NCBI GenBank assembly: GCA_963804955.1
Contig: CAWDSQ010000030.1
Location: 32,001-96,000 of the forward strand
Origin: an uncultured delta proteobacterium
Lineage (GTDB): Bacteria; Desulfobacterota; WTBG01; CAIYCZ01; CAIRTM01
Length of the DNA stretch: 64,000 bases
Reading direction: 5' to 3'
The notes beneath the pieces were generated by a model, which ran no database searches, was not told the DNA's origin, and worked only from the letters and a program-made list of their open reading frames with translations. Position 1 is the first letter of the stretch, and each line of letters begins with the position of its first letter. This document shows positions 10,853 through 21,981 of the stretch, piece after piece. The position numbers and the translations under genes are program-made.

Positions 10853-11734
10853 ATGCATATGTTTAGAGGTTCCATGGTGGCTTTGGTCACGCCGTTCAAA
10901 AACGGCACGGTCGACGACGAAGGCCTGAGAAAACTCGTTGAGTTTCAAATCTCAAACGGCACGGATGTGCTGTGCCCCTGCGGCACGACGGGTGAGTCTG
11001 CAACGCTGTCTCTTGAGGAGCATGAGCGGGTGATACAGGTTACTATCCAGGCTGCTGCAGGCCGCGTGCCCGTTATGGCAGGCACGGGATCAAATAACAC
11101 CGAAGAAGCCATCCGCCTGAGCAGGCATGCAAAAAAAGCCGGCGCTGCGGGCTGTCTGCTCATCACGCCGTATTACAACCGGCCCACTCAGGAAGGCCTG
11201 TATCTGCATTTTCAAAAGGTTGCCGGGGCGGTTGACATCCCTGTTGTTCTCTATAATGTACCGGGCAGGACGGGTGTGAACATGCTGCCCGAGACGATAG
11301 AGCGCCTGGCAAAGATACCCACTATCGTGGGGATAAAGGAAGCATCAGGATCTCTTGAGCAGGTCAGCCAGATCATAAATCGCTGCGGAGAGGATTTTGA
11401 TGTTATTTCCGGTGATGATGCCAATACGCTTCCCATGATGGCGGTGGGCGGCGCAGGAGCAATTTCGGTCACGGCAAATATTGCTCCCCGTCTTTGCGCG
11501 TCCATGATTCGGGCTGCTCAGGCCGGCGACTGGACGGAGGCCCGCAGGATACATCACCATCTGCTGCCGCTGCACAGCGCCATGTTCCTGCAGACCAATC
11601 CCATTCCGGTCAAGACCGCCATCGGCATGATGGGTCTTGTGTCGGGCGATGTGCGGCTGCCGCTGTGTTCCATGCCCGATGAGCTTAATGCGAAACTGAG
11701 GGGCATACTGAAACAGTATGCATTAATACATTGA
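10853..11734 (+). CDS. dapA: 4-hydroxy-tetrahydrodipicolinate synthase
   Basis: GTTGES, LYNVPGRT, GIKEASG, NPIPVK. Confidence 0.97.
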   Translation: MHMFRGSMVALVTPFKNGTVDDEGLRKLVEFQISNGTDVLCPCGTTGESATLSLEEHERVIQVTIQAAAGRVPVMAGTGSNNTEEAIRLSRHAKKAGAAGCLLITPYYNRPTQEGLYLHFQKVAGAVDIPVVLYNVPGRTGVNMLPETIERLAKIPTIVGIKEASGSLEQVSQIINRCGEDFDVISGDDANTLPMMAVGGAGAISVTANIAPRLCASMIRAAQAGDWTEARRIHHHLLPLHSAMFLQTNPIPVKTAIGMMGLVSGDVRLPLCSMPDELNAKLRGILKQYALIH

Positions 11735-11760
11735 TGGAAAGGACAGAGAGGATGAAGGCA

Positions 11761-12682
11761 ATGCAAAAAACAGGACGCATGATTATGATGGTTTTTGCCG
11801 CGGCACTGCTCGCGGGACCCGTTGCATCCCAGGCCCAGCAGGGCCTCTGCTAAAGCTGCACCGGCACCGGCCAAGGACAAGGTCCTTGCCACCGTCGGCA
11901 AGGACAAGATAACCGAGGACAGTGTTTTCGCCCCGCTTGCCATGATGCCGCCGCAGTTTCGCTCCCGGTATGAAACGCCTGATGGGAAAAAGAAACTTTT
12001 TGAGCGCGCCGTACAGATGAGCCTGCTTTCGCAGGAAGCCCGCAAGCTCAATATCGACAAGAAAGAAGATATCGCGCGGCGCATCAAGGAAATGGCCGAT
12101 CAGTTCATCGTGCAGGAACTGACCAAGCAGGAAGTCATGGACAAGATTACCCTGACGGATGCCGAGATGCTCCAGTATTATAATCAAAACAAGGCGAGCT
12201 TTGCGAAAGAAGAGAAAGTGCGGGTCGACCTGATCATGTTTGACGTGAAGGACAATGCCACACAGCAGGTGAAGGACCAGAAAAAGAATCTGGCTGACCA
12301 GGCGCTGGAGCGCATCAAGAAAGGTGAAGATTTTGAAGCGGTGGCAAAGGAGGTTTCGCAGGACATGCGCACCAAGAACCGGGGCGGCAATGCCGGTCTT
12401 TTTGCCCGCGGAAAACGCGTTGATCTGTATGGTGAGGCATTTGAGCAGAAGGCCTTCTCTCTTCCCGTTAACACCGTCAGCGACGTATTTCAGGGCAAGG
12501 ATGGCTACTATATCATAAAAGTGATGGAAAAAAAGCCGCAGGAGCAGGAAACATTCGAAGAGGTAAAGCAGCGCATCGAGCGCACGCTCAAGACCGAAAA
12601 ACAGAAAGCGGCTATGGAGACGTATCTGGAAGGTCTTAAGAAAAAATATTCCGTCAAAATACTGGATGAAAGCATGAAGTAA
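11761..12682 (+). CDS. Exported parvulin/PpiC-type peptidyl-prolyl isomerase (PrsA/SurA-like); frameshift after the signal peptide
   Basis: Signal peptide MQKTGRMIMMVFAAALLAGPVASQA in one frame; FEAVAKEVSQD...GGNAG...VSDVF...GYYIIKV parvulin pattern in the next. Confidence 0.85.
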
Positions 12683-12798
12683 AAGCCGGTTCTGTTTGTC
12701 AGGCAAAGGCGCTCGAAATGTTTCGGGCGCCTTTTGTTATGGCGGGGCTCCAGAGCGTTTTCTTTATTTTGCAGCCGCTTTCTCCATGCATGGCAAGT

Positions 12799-12906
12799 CC
12801 GTTCGTGGTGAGCCCTGAGCTTGACGAAGGGTCGAACCATGAACGGAAAGTCGACCTTCGACCATTCGGCCCTTCGATTTCGACAGGCTCGATGCAGGGC
12901 GAACGG
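12799..12906. repeat. REP/MITE-like palindromic repeat (CCGTTCG...GTCGAACC / TTCGACAGGCTC...CGAACGG type)
   Basis: Terminal inverted CCGTTCG/CGAACGG with internal GTCGAA/TTCGAC hairpins; intergenic. Confidence 0.65.
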
Positions 12907-13099
12907 ATAGAGCTTGCATTTGACAGGTGGTTTTTATGAAGGCTACAGTATTTAGAAAAATGCTCTCGTGCCGCCCCTTCTCTGCCTATCTTGCGGTTGA
13001 CATGGAGGGGTGCTTCCCTTATAGTGTAAAAAAAGAAGCAGGGGGGAGTGAGATGCGGCTGGCAGCCGCCCCTGCATAATTGCCGAGTCGAGGGGTTGT

Positions 13100-15498
13100 A
13101 TGCCCACGCATGATGAAAAGACGGTGAATTTTCCTAAAGCTCAGCCCCCACAGCAGGGCAAAGCGCCGATCCCTCCAGAGATCAAGCAGCTTGCAGATCT
13201 TGTTATTCTTCTTAATATTCTCAAGAAAAATCTTGCCATCTATCCGGCCGGACACCACCTTATTGCGCAGAGCACCGGTGCTGCTATTGAGGCTCTTGAA
13301 AAATGTTTTCTGGTGAGCCCGGTAGTTACTATCGGCGCAGTAAAAGACAGCCTGTATGTGGGCGGCAGGCGCATTGAGGGGAAAAGCACCGTATTTCGGG
13401 ATTTTGCCTTGTCCTTAACCCGTTTGGGTATTAATTCTCTATCCCTTGCCAGGGGACTGGGCCAGGAAGAGCTTCTGCGCCTGCAGCGGCTTTTGAGCAT
13501 GCGGCCCGAGGATGTGCGGGCCCAGGGCGATATTGCGTCGCTGGCCGAGGCTGCTCAACTGCTCAATGTGAAAATCAAGCTTGTTGATTACAGCATGTTC
13601 CGCTCTTCGGAAGAGGATGTCATCAAAGGGCCTTCTGAACAAAAGCCTGCAGAACAGCTTAAGTTCGGTGCTGACATCTGGGATCAATTCATCAAGGGCC
13701 TCGGCGCAAACAGGCGAAAGGTGGCGGTGGCCCTGCACCCGCAGCCCGTGCCGGAGAAGGCGCTGGCGGACTTTCTTCCGGGGTAGGGCGTGGGGCCGAT
13801 TGACAGCGGCACTGTTTTGGGCGGCCAGGGCGGCGGCGATGGAGTTTTGGAAACAGGAACCGAGCTTAACGAAGGGGCCTTGGATGAGGAGCTTTCGCCC
13901 GGCATGATCGTGAGGATGCTCAATGACGGAACGCTGCCGGTTGAGCAGGCGGTTCAAAGCTATGCTGATGTGCTGGCGCAGTTTGCCGGCATGGGATTTC
14001 AGCGCAATATGCTGGGCAAGGAAGCGCTGCGGTTTTTCGACCGGATGAACATTATCCTGCATAACTTGAAAGGGGGCATTCGCAACCGGTTTCTCAAAGC
14101 GGCGTTTAAGCACATTTCAATGCTGTCCGGGCCAGGATGCTATGGAAGAATTGCTCAAGTGCTTTCCCGCCGATTTGGCAGCAGAGATGATGGGGGTTGC
14201 GGATCACGAGGGACAAAGTTTGTCGCCGTCGCTGCAAAAGCTTATGCAAAAATTTTCCGCGGTGCAGGACGGTATGACTGAACAGGAGGCCATGGCCTCT
14301 GCCCCGCCATCAAGCGCTGAGCTGCCGTTTATGGATGCCCTCAAGATACTTCCCAAGCGCGAAAATTACGAAAAGCATATGACAGCCGACTATGTCCAGC
14401 AGCTCGATACTATGGGCCAGGATACTCAGGACATAAAGCCGCCGCCGGAATTTTCCCTTGATGAACATCTTGCGAGCCTGGGCAAGCAAAGTCTGGATAT
14501 GCATATCGGCCGGGTGCTGATTGCCCTTATGGATCAGGATATCGAGCCTTCAGCCTATCATGATTTTACGCAAAAGGTCATTGAGCTGGTGCCCGAGCTG
14601 CTCGATGCCGGCAGCTTTCGGCCCATGTTCGTCATTTTTTCCACGCTTCGTCAGCACATCGCCACGAAAGAGCAGGCCGACATACGCGCACTTGCAAAAA
14701 TGGCGCTTCAGATTTTTTTCGAGCCTGCATTCGTCATGCAGATGGTGGCCCAGCTTGCCGAGGCCGGAGATGATGCCAGCGGCGATCTTCTGGACATGCT
14801 TCGTGAAACCGGCCAGCAGGCCATCCCGGAGCTGCTCGATCTGTATGCCAACAACCAGTCCTCCGAGGGCAGCCGCCGGCTGTTTGAGCTGCTCTGCTCA
14901 TTCGGCAGCCCGGTTGTTGAGGTGGCTCTGACGCGTCTGTACAACAGAAGTTTTTCGTATGTGCGGAATCTTCTGCGATTTATCAAGGCTGCTGGAGATG
15001 CGTCGGTTGCTCCGCATGTGCGGCCCCTGCTGAAGCACAGTGACCGGGATCTGCGTTATGAGGCACTGGAGGTGCTGCTGACATTCAAGGATCAAAGCGC
15101 TGCTGCAGCTTTGCGGCAGCAGATCCGCTCGCAAAGTGCGGTTGAGATATTGCAGGCGGTGCGGTTGATCCATGAATACCGTGTACCGGGCCTTGGCAGT
15201 GAACTGCTGCGCCTTATAAAAATCTTCATGCCCTTTGAATCAGATACGGCGCTGAACTGTCTGGTCCTGCACGCGCTGGGCGAAGTGGGCGATCCGGCCA
15301 TGCTGCAGCCTCTGCAGAAGATCGCGCAGGCACGCCTGACTCTGTTTCCCGGGCAATTTGCGCAAAACAAAAAGAGCTTTATTTGAATCATTGCAGTCAT
15401 ATCCGCAGGCAGCTGTCAGAGAACTTCTGGATATCGGGCTGCGCTCTGGAGATGAGCGGATACGGAAAATCTGCCGCAGCAGTTCGTCGAACACGTAG
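13100..15498 (+). CDS. Large HEAT-repeat domain protein (several frameshifts)
   Basis: ORFs 13100-13786, 13790-14281 and 14142-15386 plus a tail to TAG 15498; N-terminal IYPAGH helical domain; C-terminal HEAT-like helices (VRNLL..., LRYEALEVL, ALGEVGDP). Confidence 0.75.
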
Positions 15499-15512
15499 GA
15501 GCAGGGCTTGCC

Positions 15513-16671
15513 ATGGATCAGCAGGGCTATTTTGATAAACTGTCCCAGGCCGTTTCGCAGCTTACGGCGGCAATTACCAATGTGTCCCTTTATCCCCCCA
15601 CGCATCCACGGGTCGCCCCGTATATCGACAGGACGCATGAAAGTTTAACGGAGATGCTTGAGATAACCACTCAGGTGATGATCCTGCTGATTGACGATGA
15701 GCTGGTCAGCAGCAATCGCAAGATTGTATTGCCCGGATCAGCCGCTCAGGTGTTTGTGAAGATACTTAAAAAAAAGGGTGTCGAGAGCATTTCTTTCATT
15801 ACCGGACTGCCGCGTTCACATCTTGAGAGCCTGATACAGGGGCTTGCCTCTACTGACGCAAAAGCCCTGCACTCGACGAGCTGCATAAAGCTCGGAAAAG
15901 TCGAGGTCGCAGGAGGAGCAGCCAAAGATGATGAGGGCAGATGAGGAGGATGAGGCCCTCAGAAAAAAAACCCTGGATGAAGAGATCAGAGAGTTTATCG
16001 ACTACCGGGAACACGGCCTGTCGAGCATGCGCGATATGTACAATGCCATCAAACAGGGCGAGCGCATGGACGTTAAGGTCATACATTCCATAGTGGGCGA
16101 ATTCGTGCGGCGCTTCCGCCGGGAGATGAACCCGCTGAGCCTGCTGGGGCAGATAAAGAACCATGACGAGTATACATTCGTGCATGTAACCAATGTAGCG
16201 CTGCTGGCCATGTGCCAGGCCGAAGCACTCGGCTTCAGCGGGTCCAATCTGCATGATATCGGCGTTGCGGCATTATTGCATGATGTGGGCAAGCTCATTA
16301 TCCCTGATACCATTGTCGCCAAACCCGCCTCTTTGACCAACGAGGAGCGTGAGGTCATGGAGCAGCATGCCACACTGGGCGCGCAGTATCTCTTGTCGCA
16401 GAAAGAGATTCCCAGCCTTGCGCTTCTGGCGGCGCTGGAACACCATATCAAGTTTGACGGCACGGGCTATCCATCAATTCCCGGCAAATGGCGCCCGCAT
16501 ATCGTCTGCCAGCTGATCACCGTCGGGGATGTGTTTGATGCCATGCGCAGCCGGCGTCCGTACCGCGATGCAATGCCGATGCCGGAAATCGTGAAAATCA
16601 TGCTTGCATCACGGGGGACGCTGTTTAACCCCATGCTGGTGGATTTTTTTCTGCGGCTCATCGAACGATGA
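15513..16671 (+). CDS. HD-GYP domain phosphohydrolase (putative c-di-GMP phosphodiesterase); frameshift near 15930
   Basis: LLHDVGK, EHHIKFDGTGYP, DVFDAMRSRRPYR; N-terminal LYPPTHP domain resembling that of the upstream gene. Confidence 0.9.
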
Positions 16672-16824
16672 TTGTTGTAACTCAGAAGCACCGGCGCCAT
16701 TTTTTTCAGCCTGCCAAATGTTTTTTTGCAAAAGATTTTTTGATAATGCAGTTCGTTTTTTTTCAATACAGCCTTTTGTTGCTATTGAACATTGTTTTCC
16801 GGACATACGGGGCAAAGGGGGATT

Positions 16825-17652
16825 ATGATACATGTCCAGGCAGCTGGTTCGACTGATGTAGGCAAAAAGCGCGACGGCAATGAGGATGCCTTTTTCATTG
16901 ATGATGCCCGCCAGTTATACGTGGTTGCCGACGGTATGGGCGGGCACCTGTCCGGGGAAGTGGCAAGCGGACTTGTTGTGGAGACGCTGCAGCGGTTATT
17001 CGGCAATGGCGACGCGGCTTCCGTCGCCATCGGCGATGACGCACGTTCTGCCGATGCCAATCAGCTTGTGCGGGGCATACGCGAGGCAAACAGGGTCGTG
17101 CGCAGCCGGGCGCTGGCAAGCGCTGAATGCAGCGGCATGGGCTCGACCCTTGCTGCTTTGTACTGCACCGACGGAACGATGATAGCCGCCAATGTGGGAG
17201 ACAGTCCCATTTATCTTGTGCGTGATGGAACGGCGGAGCTCATATCGGTGATGCATACCGTTGCGGCCGAAATTTCCGCCACGCAGCCAGGGCAGGCTCA
17301 TATGATCGATGAGCGCCTTCTGAACATGCTTACGCGCGCCATGGGAACGGCCGATGACGTGCTGCCAGATGTATGCGAAATCCAGTGCTTCAAGGACGAT
17401 GTGTTCGTGCTGTGCACCGACGGCCTGAGCAATAAAGTCACGATGGATGAAATCGCGCGCATTGTGACGGAGAATCTCCCGCAGCAAGCCTGCAAAGCCC
17501 TGGTGGATATTGCCAATGAGCGCGGCGGCGAGGACAATATTACCGTGGTTATTGTGAAAATAACCGCGGTCGATATGCACCTTCATCCGCTCATACGATT
17601 TGTACTTAAACTGCTTCAGCAGGCAAAAAAATATTTCAGTGCCGATTCATAG
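16825..17652 (+). CDS. PP2C-family Ser/Thr protein phosphatase
   Basis: NEDAF, VADGMGGH, NVGDS, CTDGL, GGEDNIT. Confidence 0.93.
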   Translation: MIHVQAAGSTDVGKKRDGNEDAFFIDDARQLYVVADGMGGHLSGEVASGLVVETLQRLFGNGDAASVAIGDDARSADANQLVRGIREANRVVRSRALASAECSGMGSTLAALYCTDGTMIAANVGDSPIYLVRDGTAELISVMHTVAAEISATQPGQAHMIDERLLNMLTRAMGTADDVLPDVCEIQCFKDDVFVLCTDGLSNKVTMDEIARIVTENLPQQACKALVDIANERGGEDNITVVIVKITAVDMHLHPLIRFVLKLLQQAKKYFSADS

Positions 17653-17949
17653 GCCGGCATGACTGGCGCTGCGACAGAGGTTTTCAGGCGGCAGGGCATG
17701 GCGGCATGTCCTGCCGGTTCTGTTTCTAGAGCGCGAGAAATTGCAAAGGCCGCTGTTCTGTGGTAGCTTTTCGGTTGTGAGCAAGACAGGCCAGCCGCAG
17801 GTTGAGTTAAGGAATGAAACCTGACAATGAAATGAAAGAATAATTTTTTTTGCAGAGGCGTTTTGTGAACCGCCCTGCGGAACAAAAAACCTGGATTCTC
17901 CGCCGCGGCGGACCGGAATGACGGAGTTGCAATATGCACGGAGGATTGT

Positions 17950-18531
17950 ATGAGCAGTCAAATTGAGAAGAAAATAATGTATTTTGACAGCCCGGGCGAG
18001 CATAATACGGATGCTGCGCTTGATGCGGCGGTTGCGTATTGCCGGGCCAGCGGCTTGAAAAAAATCGTGCTTGCCTCCTCTACCGGCGCGACAGCGCTGA
18101 AGCTGAAGCAGAAGGCAGGCGCCGGTATTGACGTGATCGCCGTGACCTATGGTGCAGGGACCAGGTTTACTGAAGAGGTGGAGCAGTTCAACAAAAACCG
18201 CGAGGCGCTGGTGCACGCAGGTGTTTCCATTGTGCGGGGGGTGCATGCCCTGAGCGGGGCAGAGCGCACGTTTGAAAATAAATACAAAACAGGCTTTCTG
18301 CCGCTGAATCTCGTGTCGGACACGCTGCGGATGTTTTCGCAGGGCATGAAGGTCTGTGTCGAGGTCTCCATTATGGCTGCCGAGGCCGGCCATATTTCGC
18401 CGGCCGAGGATGTCGTGGCGCTGGGGGGCAGCGGCGAGGGTGCTGACACGGCGGTTCTTATGAAGCCGGCCTATGCAGCAAACATGTTCAGCCTGAAGAT
18501 AAAAGAGATACTCTGCATGCCTTGCGGTTGA
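17950..18531 (+). CDS. Pyruvate-kinase C-terminal (alpha/beta)-like domain protein
   Basis: YFDSPGEHNT, VLASSTGATA, HALSG, LRMFSQGMKVCVE, GGSGEGADTA family pattern. Confidence 0.8.
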   Translation: MSSQIEKKIMYFDSPGEHNTDAALDAAVAYCRASGLKKIVLASSTGATALKLKQKAGAGIDVIAVTYGAGTRFTEEVEQFNKNREALVHAGVSIVRGVHALSGAERTFENKYKTGFLPLNLVSDTLRMFSQGMKVCVEVSIMAAEAGHISPAEDVVALGGSGEGADTAVLMKPAYAANMFSLKIKEILCMPCG

Positions 18532-18536
18532 AAAAT

Positions 18537-19772
18537 ATGGAAGGCTACGTTAAAAAAAGTTTCAACTCCGTACATGCACTTGTCCGCAAGGATATTGCCG
18601 CTGCCTGCCCGGTGGATGATCTCAATGATTTCTGCCGCGCTCTTTTTGACGAGCCGCCTGCAGATCAGCTTATAAAAAGGGGCAGCTATAAAACCATATA
18701 CCGCTCCGAGTTCGGCAAAAATTCCTGCATCATCAAAACATATAAAAATAAAGGGCTGTTGGGGCTGCTGAAGTCTGCTGCTGTTTCCTCGCGCGCCCGG
18801 CAGGAGTTTACCGCTGCAGCCTACATTCGCGGGCAGGGAATACTAACGGCTGCGCCGCTTATACTGGCTGAAAAAAAGACCCTGGGGATGGTCAGCGCCA
18901 GCGCGGTTGTGCTTGAATTTATAGAGGGCGCGCAGGAGTTGCGGGAGTTCTTTTTTTATGACCGCTCGATACTGCCCGTCGAGCGCCGGCATGTGGCAGA
19001 GCAGTTCGGGCGTCTGACAGCAGCCATTTTTCAGAAAGGCGTTTTTCAGTATGATTTTGCCCTGAATAATTTTCTAATCCGGCGCGAGGCAGACGGGTTC
19101 GGGCTTTATTTTATAGATTTTGAGCGGGTCCGCCTCAAAGGCGCAGTAACACGTGAGCAGAAAATCAATGTGCTGGCGCGTCTTGGCCGCGTAGGGGCTG
19201 AAATTGCCCTCAAGGACCGGCTGCGATTTTTGCGTGGCTATCTCGCGCAGGAACCGGGTTTTGCGGATAGCCTGCATAAGGCGGCCGCTGAAATGATCAG
19301 CGCGACTGTTGTTGCTATCGGCAATGACCGCAGGCGCTGCAGGCTGACCAGCATTTATACCCACGCCCGCTATGACCGCATACAGCAGGCAGAGCGCACC
19401 GGCCTGTGCCGCAAGGGAACTGATGTGCCGGTGCTTTTAAGCGCCGTGGCGGCGATTTCCGGCAGGGAGGCGGCGGGGCAGCTGGTCATCAGGCATGAGG
19501 GTAAATCGCTTTCCATACGCGCCATTTATCTTGAGCCCAAAGAGGCGGAAGATGCCTGGGCGGCGATGACGGCGCTGAAGATCGCCGGCATGCCCATCGA
19601 GCTTCCGCACGCTCTTGTCTGCTCTGAAATAACCGGCTGCCTGCTGCTTGAGCCGGCTATGCGACCCGCATGCGAGCGCTTTTTCGCCGCCGGCTCCCGC
19701 GGCGCACGTTTTATATTCCAGCATTTCCCTGCCGAGGTTGAACTGCTCAAAAGTTTGCTTGCCAAGATTTGA
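18537..19772 (+). CDS. Lipopolysaccharide kinase (Kdo/WaaP/InaA-like)
   Basis: IIKTY, SRARQEF, QYDFALNNFL (degenerate catalytic loop), FIDFE, DRLRFLRGY. Confidence 0.75.
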   Translation: MEGYVKKSFNSVHALVRKDIAAACPVDDLNDFCRALFDEPPADQLIKRGSYKTIYRSEFGKNSCIIKTYKNKGLLGLLKSAAVSSRARQEFTAAAYIRGQGILTAAPLILAEKKTLGMVSASAVVLEFIEGAQELREFFFYDRSILPVERRHVAEQFGRLTAAIFQKGVFQYDFALNNFLIRREADGFGLYFIDFERVRLKGAVTREQKINVLARLGRVGAEIALKDRLRFLRGYLAQEPGFADSLHKAAAEMISATVVAIGNDRRRCRLTSIYTHARYDRIQQAERTGLCRKGTDVPVLLSAVAAISGREAAGQLVIRHEGKSLSIRAIYLEPKEAEDAWAAMTALKIAGMPIELPHALVCSEITGCLLLEPAMRPACERFFAAGSRGARFIFQHFPAEVELLKSLLAKI

Positions 19773-19853
19773 TTTGCTGATACAATTGCTGCGGGGCGGC
19801 AGGCAGCATACGGGTAATGTGCAGGGGTGGGTTATTCATCTGGTGGAGGCTTT

Positions 19854-20795
19854 ATGGACAGCAGTGATGTTATCAGGAAAAAAGTCGACAATGCCGACGG
19901 CACGCTTACGCTGGTTTTTTACCAGGGCACTGTCGAGGTTGCCCGCACGATTGTCGACAGGAATTATGAGATCATTAATCTCCAGGGCGCCATCCCCGAC
20001 GGCATGGTCAAGCAGTACTACGATAGCGGCACCCTGTTCACTGAGGCGATCTATAAGAATAATCGCCGCGAAGGGCTGACGCGCATCTACCGGGAAGACG
20101 GCCCGCTGTGGATAGAGATTCCTTTTAAGGATGACAAGGCCGAGGGCCTCAGCAAGGAGTTTTATCCCGACGGCAAACTGTTCAAAGCCACCAGCTTTAG
20201 AAACGGCAAGCTGGACGGACGAAGCTGCGAGTTTTATGAGAGCGGCGCGCTCAAGGTCGAATGGAATGCTCTCGGGGGCAAACTGGAAGGCAATTCCCGG
20301 GAATATTATGAAAACGGCGCCTTGAAAGAGGAGTGGGAAAATGTCGACGGCAAGCCCGAAGGCCAGACAAAGGAGTACTTTGAAAATGGCCAGATCCGTG
20401 CCGTTGGCAACTGCATCAGCGGCCAGCGTGAAGGCCTGTATCGGGAATATTATGAGAGCGGCGTGATTAAGGGCGAGTGGAGCTTTCGCGACGGCAAAAA
20501 GGAAGGCATAGCACGAGAGTATTTTGAAAGCGGTGAAATAAAATATCTGGATACCTACCGCAGGGACCAGCGCGTCAATCGCAAGGCCTATCTTGAATAT
20601 GAAGGCCACGAGAAAAGCAGCCAGGAGCTGAGCGACGTTAAGGAAATCAAGGAGCTGCTGCTTTCCCAGACCGAGAGCTACATGCATTACCAGAATCAGA
20701 TTCTGGAGCGCATCCGTCTTGCCGATAAGCGGATTGCAGGGCTTGAATCCGTGGTCAGCGACTTGAAAACGCTTCTGTCAAACAGCACGCCATGA
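19854..20795 (+). CDS. MORN-variant repeat protein (YwqK-like) with C-terminal coiled coil
   Basis: About eight G..EG..(K/R)EY(Y/F)E(N/S)G repeats. Confidence 0.85.
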   Translation: MDSSDVIRKKVDNADGTLTLVFYQGTVEVARTIVDRNYEIINLQGAIPDGMVKQYYDSGTLFTEAIYKNNRREGLTRIYREDGPLWIEIPFKDDKAEGLSKEFYPDGKLFKATSFRNGKLDGRSCEFYESGALKVEWNALGGKLEGNSREYYENGALKEEWENVDGKPEGQTKEYFENGQIRAVGNCISGQREGLYREYYESGVIKGEWSFRDGKKEGIAREYFESGEIKYLDTYRRDQRVNRKAYLEYEGHEKSSQELSDVKEIKELLLSQTESYMHYQNQILERIRLADKRIAGLESVVSDLKTLLSNSTP

Positions 20796-21250
20796 AGATC
20801 TATCTTGCCGGACCGCTGTTCACGCAGGCTGAGCAGGACTGGCTTCGCAGGCTCAAGGCACAGATTATCACCCGCGCATCGCCCGCGCCGGTTGAGGTTT
20901 GCTGGCCCCATGATCTGTTCTCCGATCAGGAAATAGCAGGCTGGGGCGACAGAGCCAAGCATGAGATATTTGACCGCTGTCGCGAGCATCTCGACAGGGC
21001 CGACGCTGTTGTGGCGCTGCTTGACGGCACGCAGGTCGACGACGGTACGGCCTGGGAGATCGGCTATTTTTATGCCCGCCGCAGGCCCGGCATGCCCATC
21101 ATCGGCATTCGAACCGACTTCAGAAAAGCGGGTGACACGGCCAATGCCTGCGTGAACCTTATGATCGACTGTGCCTGCGACGCTATCGTTACGACGGTCG
21201 ACGACCTGCTGCTCGAGATCGGGAAATTACCGGCGCATATGGCCAGGTAA
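20792..21250 (+). CDS. Nucleoside 2-deoxyribosyltransferase family protein
   Basis: IYLAGPLF, DDGTAWEIGY, RTDFR, NLMI. Confidence 0.9.
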   Translation: MKIYLAGPLFTQAEQDWLRRLKAQIITRASPAPVEVCWPHDLFSDQEIAGWGDRAKHEIFDRCREHLDRADAVVALLDGTQVDDGTAWEIGYFYARRRPGMPIIGIRTDFRKAGDTANACVNLMIDCACDAIVTTVDDLLLEIGKLPAHMAR

Positions 21251-21405
21251 ACAGGGGGTATGACAGCTTCTTTTCAGGCGATGAGTCACTGGTGCAAGCC
21301 CGATGACCGGAATGTGCCGCGCAAGCCCCGCCGTGTGGCGGGGAGCATAGCTATGGATTATCCATTGCCGGCTCCGTTTCACATGAGTGTAAACCGCAGA
21401 CTGTA

Positions 21406-21981
21406 ATGAACATCATCTGGATCATCCTTCTTTCAGTCAGCATCGTCGCTGCGGCCTGCACAGGCAGGCTCGAAGCCCTCACCCGCGCCATGTTCGACGG
21501 CGCCAAAGCGGCCGTCGAGATTTCGCTGTTTCTGCTTGGCATCGTCTCGCTCTGGCTGGGCATTACAAAAATCATTGAGGATTCGGGGCTCATACACCGG
21601 ATTGCCCATATGTTTAAACCTCTGGTTACGCGGCTGTTTAAAACGGTTCCGCCCGACCACCCTGCCATTACCTCCATTACGCTTAACATGCTGGCAAATT
21701 TTTTCGGCCTTGGCAATGCAGCCACTCCCCTTGGCATCAAGGCCATGCAGGATCTTCAGTCGCTCAATTCCGACAAAGACACCATAACCTTCGAGATGAT
21801 GCTTTTCATCGTCCTGAATACGGCAAGCATACAGCTCATACCATTCACGGTCGTGGGGATACTTTCCGACTCCGGCTCGACAAGCCCCTCGGGCATCGTG
21901 CTGCCCACTATCTGCTCAACGGTTATATCCGCCTGTGTCGCCCTTGGCGTGCTATGGCTTTTCAGGAGGCTGAAGAAATGA
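21406..21981 (+). CDS. spmA: SpmA-like membrane protein (Gate/nucleoside recognition domain)
   Basis: MNIIW..., LWLG, ANFFGLGNAATPLGIKAM, LNTASIQLIP. Confidence 0.88.
   Translation: MNIIWIILLSVSIVAAACTGRLEALTRAMFDGAKAAVEISLFLLGIVSLWLGITKIIEDSGLIHRIAHMFKPLVTRLFKTVPPDHPAITSITLNMLANFFGLGNAATPLGIKAMQDLQSLNSDKDTITFEMMLFIVLNTASIQLIPFTVVGILSDSGSTSPSGIVLPTICSTVISACVALGVLWLFRRLKK

Noticed and set aside
13784..13786. In-frame TAG between ORFs 13100-13786 and 13790-14281, suggesting amber readthrough or pyrrolysine
   Set aside because: An alternative frame across ~13720-13790 reads as a natural Gly-rich linker (GGGPAPAARAGEGAGGLSSGVG). Compensating indels explain the stop, and no pyl genes are in the window.
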